A DNA stretch of 64,000 nucleotides from an uncultured virus (IMG/VR IMGVR_UViG_3300031133_000283). Lineage: Duplodnaviria > Heunggongvirae > Uroviricota > Caudoviricetes. The notes under the pieces are model-generated. The model ran no database searches, was not told the origin of the DNA, and saw nothing but the letters and a program-made list of their open reading frames with translations. The stretch lies in IMG/VR virus record IMGVR_UViG_3300031133_000283. One strand, 5' to 3'. Below, in pieces: positions 27,798 to 37,339 of the stretch. A program made the position numbers and the translations under genes. Positions within the stretch are counted from its first letter, which is position 1. The number at the start of each line of letters is the position of its first letter.

Positions 27798-30700
27798 ATG
27801 ACAACACCAACAGATGAGTTCGTGCACCTGCACGTACACAGCCACAATTCCCTTCTTGACGGATACGGAACAGACCAAGAAACAATCGCAGAAGCAGCTC
27901 GGTTAGGCCAGCCAGCTATTGCGTTCACAGACCACGGTAAGCTCACCGGTATCTATAATGGATACAAAGCAGCTCAGGATTCGGGCATCAAGTTCATCGC
28001 TGGAATCGAAGCATACTTCACCCCCTCTATCACATCCCATGACGCTAAGGAAGCTGTATTCTTTGGTGATGGTGGACGAAACGATATCGCAGGTAAGGGT
28101 GCGTATACCCACCTTACAATTCTTGCTGAGAATAATGCTGGGTTAGCAAACCTGTTCAAGCTGAACTTACGAGCTTCAACAGAAGGATATTTCCGTAAGC
28201 CTCGTATGAGTTTGGAAATGTTAGCAGACCATTCAGAAGGCTTGATTGTTACCACAGGATGCCCTTCTGGTGAAATTCAGACTCGTTTACGTTTAGGTCA
28301 GTTCGATGCTGCTTTGGCATTCGCTGCACAGTTAGTTGACATTGTAGGCCAGGGTAACGTCTACGTTGAACTCATGGACCATGATATGAAAATTGATTTG
28401 GAACGTGGAGTCCGTGAAGACCTGCTCCGCATTGCTGAGATTCTCAATCTTCCTCTAGTTGCAACAAACGATGTTCACTATTCCAAGCAGGAAGACTGCC
28501 ACCCTCACGAAGAGATGCTTGCAATTCAGACTGGTGCAGTCATGTCTGAACTTCCTGACCATGAAGGCGGCAAGCGATTCGCCTTCGAAGGTAATCAGTA
28601 CTACGTCAAACCAGCCGCTGCAATGCGTCGCTTGTTCCCAGAAGAGCACTTCAAAGGCGCTATCACCAACACAATGGTTATCGCTGAGCGTTGCAACATT
28701 CAAATTGATTACCGCGATGACTTGCGTCCAATGTTCCCAATTCCTGAGGGATTTGATGATGAGATGGAGTACATTCGTCACCTAGCTTACAAAGGATTTG
28801 AGGAGCGTCTTCCTGAGAAGTTCCAAGACCCAAAATACAATGCACAGTTAGAGCTTGAACTCAACGTCATTATATCTAAGAACTACGTAAACTACTTCTT
28901 GGTTACCTCTGACTTGACAATTTGGGCGAGAAACAACGGTATTGCCGTTGGTTCAGGTCGTGGTTCTGCAGGAGGTTCTTTCCTCGCGTTCTGCATGTAC
29001 ATCACTGATGTTGACCCTATCAAGCATGACCTTCTGTTTGAGCGTTTCTTGAACCCTGAGCGTGACAGCCCACCTGACGTTGACCTTGACTTTGATGACC
29101 GTTACCGTGACCGCGTGTACAACTACGCTGTGAACAAGTACGGGTATGAACAGGTCGCCCAGGTTGTTACGTTCGGTAAAATTAAGGGTAAGAACTCCCT
29201 GAAAGATGAAGCTCGTATTTACGAGTTCCCGTATGCTACAAGCAATGAACTAACTAAGGCATATCCGCCAGACATCTTCGGTAAGTCTATGCCGTTGAAT
29301 GACATTTATAACCCTGAGGCTAAGCGTTACGATGAAGCGGATTCTTTCCGTAGTAAAGTTGGCGAACTGCAAGCTCAAGGAATTGTTGACTCAGCATTAC
29401 GTCTTGAAGGGCGAATCCGTTCAACAGGTGTCCACGCTTGTGCTGTTCTGATTTCAGGTAAAGCTCTTACTGAAACTGTTCCTCTGGAGATGCGCCAGAA
29501 CGATAAGACGCTTATCGCTCAGTGGGAGTATCCTTCTTGTGAGAACATTGGTTTGCTCAAGATGGACTTCTTGGGTCTTCGTAACCTTGGTATCGTTGAA
29601 GACTGCTTAGCACTCATTCAGCAACGCCATGGATTCAAAGTTGATTTGGATGCTATCAAAAAAGGTGACATGGATGACCCTAAGACCTTCAAGATGCTCG
29701 CGGAAGGAAACACCTTAGGTGTCTTCCAGCTTGACGGTGGGCCTATGCGTGACTTGTTGAAGCTGATGAAGCCAACTGGCTTTGATGACATTTCTGCTGT
29801 CCTGGCGCTGTACCGTCCAGGTCCTATGGGTGTGAATGCACACACTGATTATGCTTTGCGTAAAAATGGTTTGCAGGATGTTTCATATATCCACCCTGAC
29901 CTTGAAGATGCTTTGAAGCCTATCCTGGAAGAAACCTACGGGTTGATTGTTTACCAGGAGCAGATTATGAAAATCGCTCAGGTCGTTGCAGGTTACTCTT
30001 TGGGTGAAGCTGACCTTCTTCGTCGTGCTATGGGTAAGAAGAAGAAATCTGAAATGGACAAGCAGTGGGAACGCTTCAACTCAGGTGCCGTTGAACGTGG
30101 TTTCAGCGCAGCTGCTATTACTGACCTGTGGAACACTGTTCTTCCATTCGCTGACTACGCTTTCAACAAATCGCACAGTGTTGGATATGGATACATGTCT
30201 TACATTACCGCGTATTTGAAAGCTAACTTCGCTCCTGAGTACATGTCTGCCTTGTTGACTTCAACTGCTGATTCCACTGAGAAGACTGCGCTGTACTTAG
30301 AAGATGCTAAGAACAATGGCTTGCAAGTTTTGCCTCCTGACATCAACAACTCACAACGCGACTACTCACCTTTGAGTGATACTACAATTCTCTTCGGAAT
30401 GAAAGCCATCAAAGGTGTGTCGGATGCTGTCTCAAATGAGATTGTGGCTGAACGTGCAAGAGGTGGACAATTCGCTGACTTCTCAGATGTCATGAACCGT
30501 CTTCCGCGGAACATTGTCAACAAGCGAGTGTTTGAAGCATTAGGTTACAGTGGTGGGTTTGATAGTATGAACTACACTCGTAAGTCAGTCATTGACTCCC
30601 TAGAAAAGGTACTGAAAGACTATCAGAAAGCAAGCCGTCAGAAAGTCAAACAGGATACTATGGGTGGTTCCCTCTTTGATGGATTTGATTTCGCAGAAGA

Positions 30701-31427
30701 GTTGAAACCGAAGTACGAGTTGGTGAATGCTCCTGAGTACCCAAACATGGAGAAGCTGCAATATGAGCGTTCTATGCTGGGATTGTATGTTTCAGGCCAC
30801 CCATTAGATGGCTTGAACTTTAGCGGTATTACTTCCACTCGTATTGGGGAAATCTTGACTGGGAACATTCCAGCTGTTGAAGGTTTCGCCCCTCGTGGTA
30901 AAGAACCAAATGTTACTATTGCTGGTATTGCTTCAACGTTCACTGCTCGTTTGACAAAAGCTGGTAAGCAGTTCGGTGCTGGTGCTTTGGAAGACCGAAC
31001 TGGAACACTTGAGTTCGTTATGTTCGCTAACACATTCATTGAGTTTGGCAGCATTATGAAAACTGATGGATTGTATGCTTTGAGCGGATACCCGCAAAAG
31101 CGCGGTGAAGGTTATTCCTTTATTGTGAACATGGTCCGTCCATTGGAGTTTGCCGCTTCTGGAAACATGCCTGTTCGTGTTCGTGTAACGAAAGACCAGT
31201 GGGAAAAAGGTTACAGCGAACTGCTCCTTCGTTTGCAGGTTCACGAAGGATTTAAGGATGAAGGAACTGATGTTGTTGTGAGTATTCGCAATTACGATGG
31301 TTCAGTGGAAGAGGAAACTCTCCCCATCCAAGTAGTCCCATCTAACTTGCTTACTGCTGAAATCCGAGAACTCTTCGGAATGAACGCTATTGGGCGTTGG
31401 CGTAGCCGAGTAGCTCCTATTGCCTAA
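27798..31427 (+). CDS. dnaE: DNA polymerase III alpha subunit
   Basis: PHP domain HLHVHS..SLLDG, TDHG, ATNDVHY; GRGSAGGS; FERFLNPER, PDVDLDF; KMDFLGL; YAFNKSH; no intein. Confidence 0.97.
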   Translation: MTTPTDEFVHLHVHSHNSLLDGYGTDQETIAEAARLGQPAIAFTDHGKLTGIYNGYKAAQDSGIKFIAGIEAYFTPSITSHDAKEAVFFGDGGRNDIAGKGAYTHLTILAENNAGLANLFKLNLRASTEGYFRKPRMSLEMLADHSEGLIVTTGCPSGEIQTRLRLGQFDAALAFAAQLVDIVGQGNVYVELMDHDMKIDLERGVREDLLRIAEILNLPLVATNDVHYSKQEDCHPHEEMLAIQTGAVMSELPDHEGGKRFAFEGNQYYVKPAAAMRRLFPEEHFKGAITNTMVIAERCNIQIDYRDDLRPMFPIPEGFDDEMEYIRHLAYKGFEERLPEKFQDPKYNAQLELELNVIISKNYVNYFLVTSDLTIWARNNGIAVGSGRGSAGGSFLAFCMYITDVDPIKHDLLFERFLNPERDSPPDVDLDFDDRYRDRVYNYAVNKYGYEQVAQVVTFGKIKGKNSLKDEARIYEFPYATSNELTKAYPPDIFGKSMPLNDIYNPEAKRYDEADSFRSKVGELQAQGIVDSALRLEGRIRSTGVHACAVLISGKALTETVPLEMRQNDKTLIAQWEYPSCENIGLLKMDFLGLRNLGIVEDCLALIQQRHGFKVDLDAIKKGDMDDPKTFKMLAEGNTLGVFQLDGGPMRDLLKLMKPTGFDDISAVLALYRPGPMGVNAHTDYALRKNGLQDVSYIHPDLEDALKPILEETYGLIVYQEQIMKIAQVVAGYSLGEADLLRRAMGKKKKSEMDKQWERFNSGAVERGFSAAAITDLWNTVLPFADYAFNKSHSVGYGYMSYITAYLKANFAPEYMSALLTSTADSTEKTALYLEDAKNNGLQVLPPDINNSQRDYSPLSDTTILFGMKAIKGVSDAVSNEIVAERARGGQFADFSDVMNRLPRNIVNKRVFEALGYSGGFDSMNYTRKSVIDSLEKVLKDYQKASRQKVKQDTMGGSLFDGFDFAEELKPKYELVNAPEYPNMEKLQYERSMLGLYVSGHPLDGLNFSGITSTRIGEILTGNIPAVEGFAPRGKEPNVTIAGIASTFTARLTKAGKQFGAGALEDRTGTLEFVMFANTFIEFGSIMKTDGLYALSGYPQKRGEGYSFIVNMVRPLEFAASGNMPVRVRVTKDQWEKGYSELLLRLQVHEGFKDEGTDVVVSIRNYDGSVEEETLPIQVVPSNLLTAEIRELFGMNAIGRWRSRVAPIA

Positions 31428-31441
31428 TAGGTAGCTCTAAT

Positions 31442-31486
31442 AAAGAGGAAGGCGAAGAGATATAAGTCTCTTCGCCTTCCTCTTTT
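31442..31486 (+). terminator. Intrinsic terminator
   Basis: 19-bp stem aaagaggaaggcgaagaga / tctcttcgccttcctcttt. Confidence 0.8.
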
Positions 31487-31528
31487 GGTAAACCTTGTGT
31501 TTACTGACTCAGTACGATATTATAAAGT

Positions 31529-32323
31529 ATGAGTATTACTATTACCGATGGCTACCGTTTACGACGCGGCATTGATGTGTTTGATTTTTCTGAGAATTTG
31601 CGGAATGCGCTCGTAGAGTATCAGGAAGCCGCTATTAGCAAAATGTTCGTAGAAAAAGCTACTATCAAGTATGATCTTTCATCTGATAATACGTCGTTCA
31701 AGGATTATCTTATCGCTGAGATTCGCACATCTCAGAAGAACGATGATGAACGTTCTTATCTTTTCTCCTGTTTCGGGACACTGTACAAGAATCCTACCCG
31801 TGATGAAGTGTATTTACTCCTGCGTAACACTGCCCGCGGAGCAGAAGAAAAAGTCTTGGCTCTTGATGAGGTAGAGGAAGAGTATTCTTATTGGAACAAC
31901 TCTGATTCTCAGCTCAGTTATTTGAGTCAAGAAGAATGGCAAGACCGCTTAGTTGCTTGGAAAGAAACGCAGGTGTTTGAGGATATGCGGTACAGCCATG
32001 GACTCATTATCAACATCATCAATCTTTCAGCTCACCTGCATTTCAGCATGCGAACAATTGAGAAGTATTGGGACTCTTTGACTCTCCCCTCCGATGAATC
32101 GCGCTTCAAGAATATCCTCTACCATGCGTACACCTTAGGGCGAATCGAAGAGTTGGGGCTTTCTGATTTTTATGAGGCAATCAAAGCATATTCTCGTTAT
32201 GCAAGCACTGAATACAAAGATTTACAAGCTGCATTACCTGGTGCCCAAGAACATCCTGACTGGGTGAAGGAAGCTGTTGACCGTACTCATTCAGTGATTT
32301 CTGAGAAGAAAATTATACTATAA
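31529..32323 (+). CDS. Hypothetical protein (probably leaderless)
   Basis: YSYWNNSD..EEW..R..AW motif; TTGTGT-17-TATTAT ends 5 nt before the ATG. Confidence 0.65.
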   Translation: MSITITDGYRLRRGIDVFDFSENLRNALVEYQEAAISKMFVEKATIKYDLSSDNTSFKDYLIAEIRTSQKNDDERSYLFSCFGTLYKNPTRDEVYLLLRNTARGAEEKVLALDEVEEEYSYWNNSDSQLSYLSQEEWQDRLVAWKETQVFEDMRYSHGLIINIINLSAHLHFSMRTIEKYWDSLTLPSDESRFKNILYHAYTLGRIEELGLSDFYEAIKAYSRYASTEYKDLQAALPGAQEHPDWVKEAVDRTHSVISEKKIIL

Positions 32324-32475
32324 ACGAAGTATTTTTAAGTTTTTCTGAAAAACTTTCCTGAGTTTTTGCTCATAATCCCGATACTGTCTATCAAAAGTAG
32401 GGACTGTCCCTCCTTTTGGTTACACATTCAGAACATATGAGTTCGTGTTAGGCGACTAAAACGAAGGGGAAACGC

Positions 32476-35400
32476 ATGTCTACTGATGTCTCAGACACCA
32501 CAAGCCATCACAATGAAGTATCGCACGGAGGCTTTTTAGCTTTTGCTAAGAAGCCTTCCAAAGTTCTCGCAGGTCTTACTGCGGCAACTCTCACTGTTTC
32601 AGGTTCATTCTTATTAGCTGCTATACCTGCGCAAGCTGCGCCAGGGTATTCTCAGTCAGCTGCTCAGTATCTTTCAGGTTCTTTGCTGGGAACATCATTA
32701 GGCGATATCGCCAATGTTGATGGAGTTCAAGCACAAGTACCTGCCAACGAAACTGACCCAGAAGTTGAAGCAAACAATTTGGATTTGAGTGTTCTTGGTG
32801 ACACTGTTGTAATCCAAGCTCCTAACGGGGTGCAAATTCCTATTAACATCGCTAATGCTGGGGTACTCGGGCAATATGCACAGGCAGCACCAGATGGAAG
32901 CTCCACAGCAGCGACAGGGGCTGTAGGGGGTGACGGAACTGTTGGCGTTGCACCAGATGCTACGAACCCTCCTGGGCCTCTTACCTTAGACTTGACGGAT
33001 GTTCTCGGTGCTGATGTTACTGACAACATTGCCAACCTTCGTGTCACAGCAGGAGCAAGTACTGCTTCTGCTACTCAGGCTCCGACTGGTACCCCAACTA
33101 GTGATTACCAGATTGCAGGAGCAAACATTGCTTTCACAAGCCCTGTACTTGCTAATTTAACAGGGGACATCACGGATGCCACTGTTCCATTGCAAAACAC
33201 TATCAATGGTGTAACAGGTGCTGATGGTTCTCTTCTCACTAACCTTACTGGTTTAGTCGGAGCAACAGGATTAGTCACTGAAAGCAACGCCTCATTGGAT
33301 GTTGACTTAGCTGGAACAGTAAATACCGTTCTTGCTCAGAACCAAATTTTAGGTGCTGACGGTCCAGTAACAGTGAACTTGGAAACAGGTGCAGTCACAG
33401 TTGACGTAGCGGCATTACTTGCAGCAAACGGACAAGACCTCAACGACCTCCCAGCTAACACTGAGCTCCTTTCAGCTGACGTTCTCAACTTAGTAACTGA
33501 TGAGATTGACGGTTTAGTCAATGGACTTCTGGATGACGTGAATGTTGCTGTTGATGCAGCTCTCAACGCCGCTACATTGGATGTTGACTTGGTTGTCGCA
33601 AACCCGCTGATTCCAGGAACTAACTTATTGAACGTTACCTTGACTGGTACTCTTGCTGAAATTGCAAACGGTACAACGACAGCCACGGTTAACGCTGGAC
33701 CAGCTGCTTTGGTAAACACCACAATCCAAGGCTTGGTTGCTCCTTTACAGAATTTGAGTCTTGGAGATGAAACACTTGCGCCAGTTCGTGCATTATATCC
33801 AACCATTGCTGATGTTTTGACCTCAGTTGCTTCTTTGCAGGCAAACGTTCAAGAAGATGCTGACGGGACTTTCACTGAGACAGCTTTGCGTCTTTCTCTC
33901 TTAGGTCAACTTGACGGTGATGGTAACGCATTGCAGCTTAACCTTGCACAGGCAGCTGTTGGGCCAAACTCTCCAACAGTAGAAGCAACACCAACAGTAA
34001 GTGGCTTCACTCCTACCGCTGGTCCTGAGGCTGGTGGCACAACAGTAACAATCACTGGTACTGGTTTCACTGGAACAGATGATGTACTCTTCGGTGGAGA
34101 ATCAGCAACAGACTTTACCGTTGATTCTGACACTCAGATTACAGCTACAACTCCTGCTGGTACAGGTGATGTCCCAGTAACAGTAGTCAACAATGAAGCT
34201 GCTAATGATGGCGTATCTGATGACTTGTTCTCTTACATTCCAGAGAACAACACTAATGCTATCGCTGGTTTCACTCCTGTCTTCGGCCCTGAAGCTGGTG
34301 GAACTGATGTAACAATTACTGGTACTGGTTTCACAGGAGCAACCGGAGTTCTCTTTGGTGACACGCCTGGAACAGACTTTACCGTTGTTTCAGATAATGA
34401 AATCACTGTAACTTCTCCTGCTGGTACAGGTGCCGTTCCTTTGGTTGTAACAGCTCCTGATGCTACTGACAACATCGTTTCCGATGGAGACTTCACTTAT
34501 GTTCCAGCTGGCGTAACAACAATCGTTACTTTCTCACCTGATAACGGCCCTGAGGCTGGCGGAACAGTAGTAACAATTACTGGTGCTGGTTTTACAGGTA
34601 CAACTGGTGTAGCTTTTGGTGACACTCCTGCTGAGGACTTTACAGTCAACTCAGATAACGAAATCACAGCTACAGCTCCTGCTGGTACTGGTAGCGTCCC
34701 AGTTGTTTTGACTGGCGCTCCAACTGGTGATGCTTCTTCTGCTGATGAATTTACTTATGTTCCAGCTAACACAACTGCTATTACTGGTTTCACTCCTATC
34801 TCAGGTCCTGAAGCTGGTGGAACAACAGTTACAATTCGTGGTACTGGTTTCACAGGTGCGACAGGGGTCAACTTCGGCGACACTCCTGCAACGGATGTAA
34901 CAGTTCTTTCTGACAATGTTATCACTGCTGTCTCTCCTGCTGGTACAGGGGCTGTGCCTCTTACTGTCACTGGAACTGATACAGGTGATGCAACATCTGA
35001 TGGTAACTTCACGTACATCCCTGCTGGCACCGCTGCTATTGTAGCTTTCACTCCTACCGCTGGTCCTGAAGCTGGTGGAACAGTAGTAACAATTACTGGT
35101 GGCGGTTTCACAGGGGCAGACGATGTTCGCTTCGGTGATGTATCAGCAACAGATTTCACTGTTGTTTCTGACACAACCATTATAGCTACTTCTCCTGCTG
35201 GTACAGGGGCAGCTCCTATTACAGTAGTAGGCACGGATAACGGTGATGCAACATCTGATGATGACTTCACATACTTCGCAGAAGCAGGTGACCCAACAAT
35301 TGCTGGCTTCACTCCTACTTCTGGTCCTGCCACTGGTGGAACAGTAGTAACAATCACAGGTACAAACCTTTCTGGCACTGATGATGTACTCTTCGGCGGA

Positions 35401-36120
35401 GTTTCTGCTCAGAGTGTTATCATCAACTCTGACACTCAGCTGACAGTTATTACGCCTCCTGGTATTGGTGTAGTTCCTGTTACTGTCGTCAATAACGAAG
35501 CAGGCCGTGTGAATGCTACTGATGAATTCACTTACATTCCTTCTGACACTCCTGTCATTTCAGATGTGAACCCAAACCAGGGTTCAGAAGCTGGTGGAAC
35601 AGTAGTAACAATCATTGGTTCTGGTTTCACTGGTGCTGATGAAGTCCTCTTTGGTGATACTCCTGCTACTAATGTAACAGTTGTTTCTGATACTCAGATT
35701 ACAGCTACAGCTCCTGCTGGTACAGGTGTAGTAGACATCACAATTCGTGGAACTGATTTGGGTGATGTAACCTCTGACGATGCTTACACCTACGTTCCTT
35801 CTAACCAGGGCGGTGGAGCTGGCGAGGTTCCTGGTGGCACCGGAGGTAATGGCACGAACGGCAATGGAGGCAACGGTACAAACGGTAACGGAGCTGACGG
35901 AGGGGTTCTTGGAAACAACGGGAACCAGATTCCAAATGCCATTGCTGGTGGCACTGATAACACTGGTATGAACAATACTAGTGGTGGCCGTAACCCAGGT
36001 AATGACCGTTTGGCTTACACTGGTGCTGACTTTGCTGGTGAAATGCTTCTTGCAGGTCTGTTAGTCGCTGCTGGTGGTATTGTACTGGTTGGTCGCCGTC
36101 GCTTCGCAGTAAAGAAGTAA
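32476..36120 (+). CDS. Sortase-anchored surface adhesin: signal peptide, choice-of-anchor-G-like domain, 7 IPT/TIG repeats, Gly/Asn linker, LAYTG anchor
   Basis: AQA/A signal cleavage; seven (F/S/N)PxxGPEAGGTxVTITGxGF repeats; LAYTG + TM + RRR tail. Confidence 0.88.
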   Translation: MSTDVSDTTSHHNEVSHGGFLAFAKKPSKVLAGLTAATLTVSGSFLLAAIPAQAAPGYSQSAAQYLSGSLLGTSLGDIANVDGVQAQVPANETDPEVEANNLDLSVLGDTVVIQAPNGVQIPINIANAGVLGQYAQAAPDGSSTAATGAVGGDGTVGVAPDATNPPGPLTLDLTDVLGADVTDNIANLRVTAGASTASATQAPTGTPTSDYQIAGANIAFTSPVLANLTGDITDATVPLQNTINGVTGADGSLLTNLTGLVGATGLVTESNASLDVDLAGTVNTVLAQNQILGADGPVTVNLETGAVTVDVAALLAANGQDLNDLPANTELLSADVLNLVTDEIDGLVNGLLDDVNVAVDAALNAATLDVDLVVANPLIPGTNLLNVTLTGTLAEIANGTTTATVNAGPAALVNTTIQGLVAPLQNLSLGDETLAPVRALYPTIADVLTSVASLQANVQEDADGTFTETALRLSLLGQLDGDGNALQLNLAQAAVGPNSPTVEATPTVSGFTPTAGPEAGGTTVTITGTGFTGTDDVLFGGESATDFTVDSDTQITATTPAGTGDVPVTVVNNEAANDGVSDDLFSYIPENNTNAIAGFTPVFGPEAGGTDVTITGTGFTGATGVLFGDTPGTDFTVVSDNEITVTSPAGTGAVPLVVTAPDATDNIVSDGDFTYVPAGVTTIVTFSPDNGPEAGGTVVTITGAGFTGTTGVAFGDTPAEDFTVNSDNEITATAPAGTGSVPVVLTGAPTGDASSADEFTYVPANTTAITGFTPISGPEAGGTTVTIRGTGFTGATGVNFGDTPATDVTVLSDNVITAVSPAGTGAVPLTVTGTDTGDATSDGNFTYIPAGTAAIVAFTPTAGPEAGGTVVTITGGGFTGADDVRFGDVSATDFTVVSDTTIIATSPAGTGAAPITVVGTDNGDATSDDDFTYFAEAGDPTIAGFTPTSGPATGGTVVTITGTNLSGTDDVLFGGVSAQSVIINSDTQLTVITPPGIGVVPVTVVNNEAGRVNATDEFTYIPSDTPVISDVNPNQGSEAGGTVVTIIGSGFTGADEVLFGDTPATNVTVVSDTQITATAPAGTGVVDITIRGTDLGDVTSDDAYTYVPSNQGGGAGEVPGGTGGNGTNGNGGNGTNGNGADGGVLGNNGNQIPNAIAGGTDNTGMNNTSGGRNPGNDRLAYTGADFAGEMLLAGLLVAAGGIVLVGRRRFAVKK
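33991..35799 (+). repeat. Seven intragenic tandem repeats of about 260 nt encoding IPT/TIG domains
   Basis: Recurring ggtcctgaagctggtggaacagtagtaacaat and cctgctggtacagg blocks. Confidence 0.85.
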
Positions 36121-36174
36121 GGGTGTTGATGATGCAGTAGTCAAGTAACTTACCTGCATTGTCATCAATATAGT

Positions 36175-36214
36175 AGTTTGGGAACCTGTAACCTTTGTTA
36201 CAGGTTCCCAAACT
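36175..36214 (+). terminator. 18-bp perfect hairpin after the adhesin gene
   Basis: agtttgggaacctgtaac-cttt-gttacaggttcccaaact. Confidence 0.7.
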
Positions 36215-36376
36215 CATGTTTACGGGGTTCTGAGGGGTCAAAAGTGGAGAAAAAGGGAGGAAATTGGAGATTTTTCTTTCAAAACCGAAGTTTTTGGTCT
36301 TTTTCAGCCAGGGGACCCGATAGACATAAAAAGACGAAACAGGCAATACTCGTCTTTTTAGGAAGGTAAATCAGAC

Positions 36377-36793
36377 ATGTGCCAAGCAGCTCCCGGTCCT
36401 CGTTGCTGGTCCGACTCGAAAAAGAAAGATACGAGTCTGACCAGTCGTTTAACGAAGGCAGAAGAAGCTTTGACCACAAATCGTACTGAAGCCCGAAAAG
36501 CAGCACATGGCGGAGATTTAAACGCTTTTGCTAAGCTTCGTAAGGAAGAAGAGAAACTTGTAGTCAAGGTGAACAACCTTCGTACCGATGTCCGTCACAA
36601 TCAACGTGACATGGATGGTACGAAAACAGGTATGCGTAAGCTCGATGAGCAGATAGCTTTATGTGAGAGCGAAAAAGAACGCACCGAACTATTGCAGCGT
36701 AAGCAGAATGCGGAAGCTGCTCGATTCGCTCGTTCCCACGCGCTGGAAACTATCCAGAGCAACCGTAAACCTCTTCTGCGAATTGCCGCATAA
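36377..36793 (+). CDS. Small coiled-coil protein with N-terminal MCxxxxGPRC motif
   Basis: MCQAAPGPRCWSD; SD gaaggt. Confidence 0.65.
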   Translation: MCQAAPGPRCWSDSKKKDTSLTSRLTKAEEALTTNRTEARKAAHGGDLNAFAKLRKEEEKLVVKVNNLRTDVRHNQRDMDGTKTGMRKLDEQIALCESEKERTELLQRKQNAEAARFARSHALETIQSNRKPLLRIAA

Positions 36794-36868
36794 CTTTTTC
36801 ATTTTTCGTCTTTTTGAGACGGAGATTAGCCGATAGCTACTGCAGAACTTACAGAAAGTGTGTAGTAA

Positions 36869-37207
36869 ATGAGTGGTCGTCGTATTGTTCGCTTCTCTTT
36901 GGATTTAGAAGCTGAGCAAAGAAACTTTGTGCGTCTCTTCGCGTTGAAGAATGACATCAATGCCTCAGTAGTCATGAGAGCAATGTTGTTCGTTCTTGAA
37001 ACAGACCCAGATTTTGCCAATCGCATTATTGATCTAATCTTCTCAGTTCCTGAGGAGGAAGTTGAGACAGAAGCGTTTGAAGAAGAGGGTCCATCCGAAC
37101 CAGTAGAAGATTCGCCCGTTGAGGTAGCATCTGTTATCAAAATAGCAAATCTAAAATCTGGTGACGTTATGTATGACTCTAATGGTAACCCCGTTGTCAT
37201 TGAGTAA
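36869..37207 (+). CDS. Small protein, possible ribbon-helix-helix regulator with acidic tail
   Basis: RIVRFSLDL (alternating strand) followed by two helices (..NASVVMRAML). Confidence 0.5.
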   Translation: MSGRRIVRFSLDLEAEQRNFVRLFALKNDINASVVMRAMLFVLETDPDFANRIIDLIFSVPEEEVETEAFEEEGPSEPVEDSPVEVASVIKIANLKSGDVMYDSNGNPVVIE

Positions 37208-37222
37208 ATAATATCTGTGTAT

Positions 37223-37271
37223 AAAGACTTCCTTGGAATCCTAAAGTTCTGATTCCAAGGAAGTCTTTTTT
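37223..37271 (+). terminator. Intrinsic terminator
   Basis: 18-bp stem aaagacttccttggaatc / gattccaaggaagtcttt plus T-tract. Confidence 0.8.
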
Positions 37272-37282
37272 AATGCATATAC

Positions 37283-37311
37283 TTGTCCGATAAGAACAAG
37301 TGTGGTATTAT
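37283..37311 (+). promoter_or_regulatory. SigA-type promoter of pncB
   Basis: TTGTCC-17-TATTAT with extended TG. Confidence 0.6.
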
Positions 37312-37339
37312 TAGTCACAACGACGAAAAAGGATGCAAG

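Noticed and set aside
27798..31427. Intein or split in dnaE
   Set aside because: Length and motif order are those of an uninterrupted DnaE; no C...HN block seen
33991..35799. Regularly spaced DNA repeats as a possible CRISPR array
   Set aside because: The period is about 260 nt, the units are degenerate at third codon positions, and they lie in frame within a CDS
32727..35975. Several minus-strand ORFs with repeats inside the adhesin
   Set aside because: Mirror translations of the Gly/Thr/Ala-rich IPT repeats
37286..37293. TCCGATAA upstream of pncB as a sigma-28-type site
   Set aside because: It overlaps the -35 and spacer of a well-formed TTGTCC-17-TATTAT promoter, so it is probably coincidental
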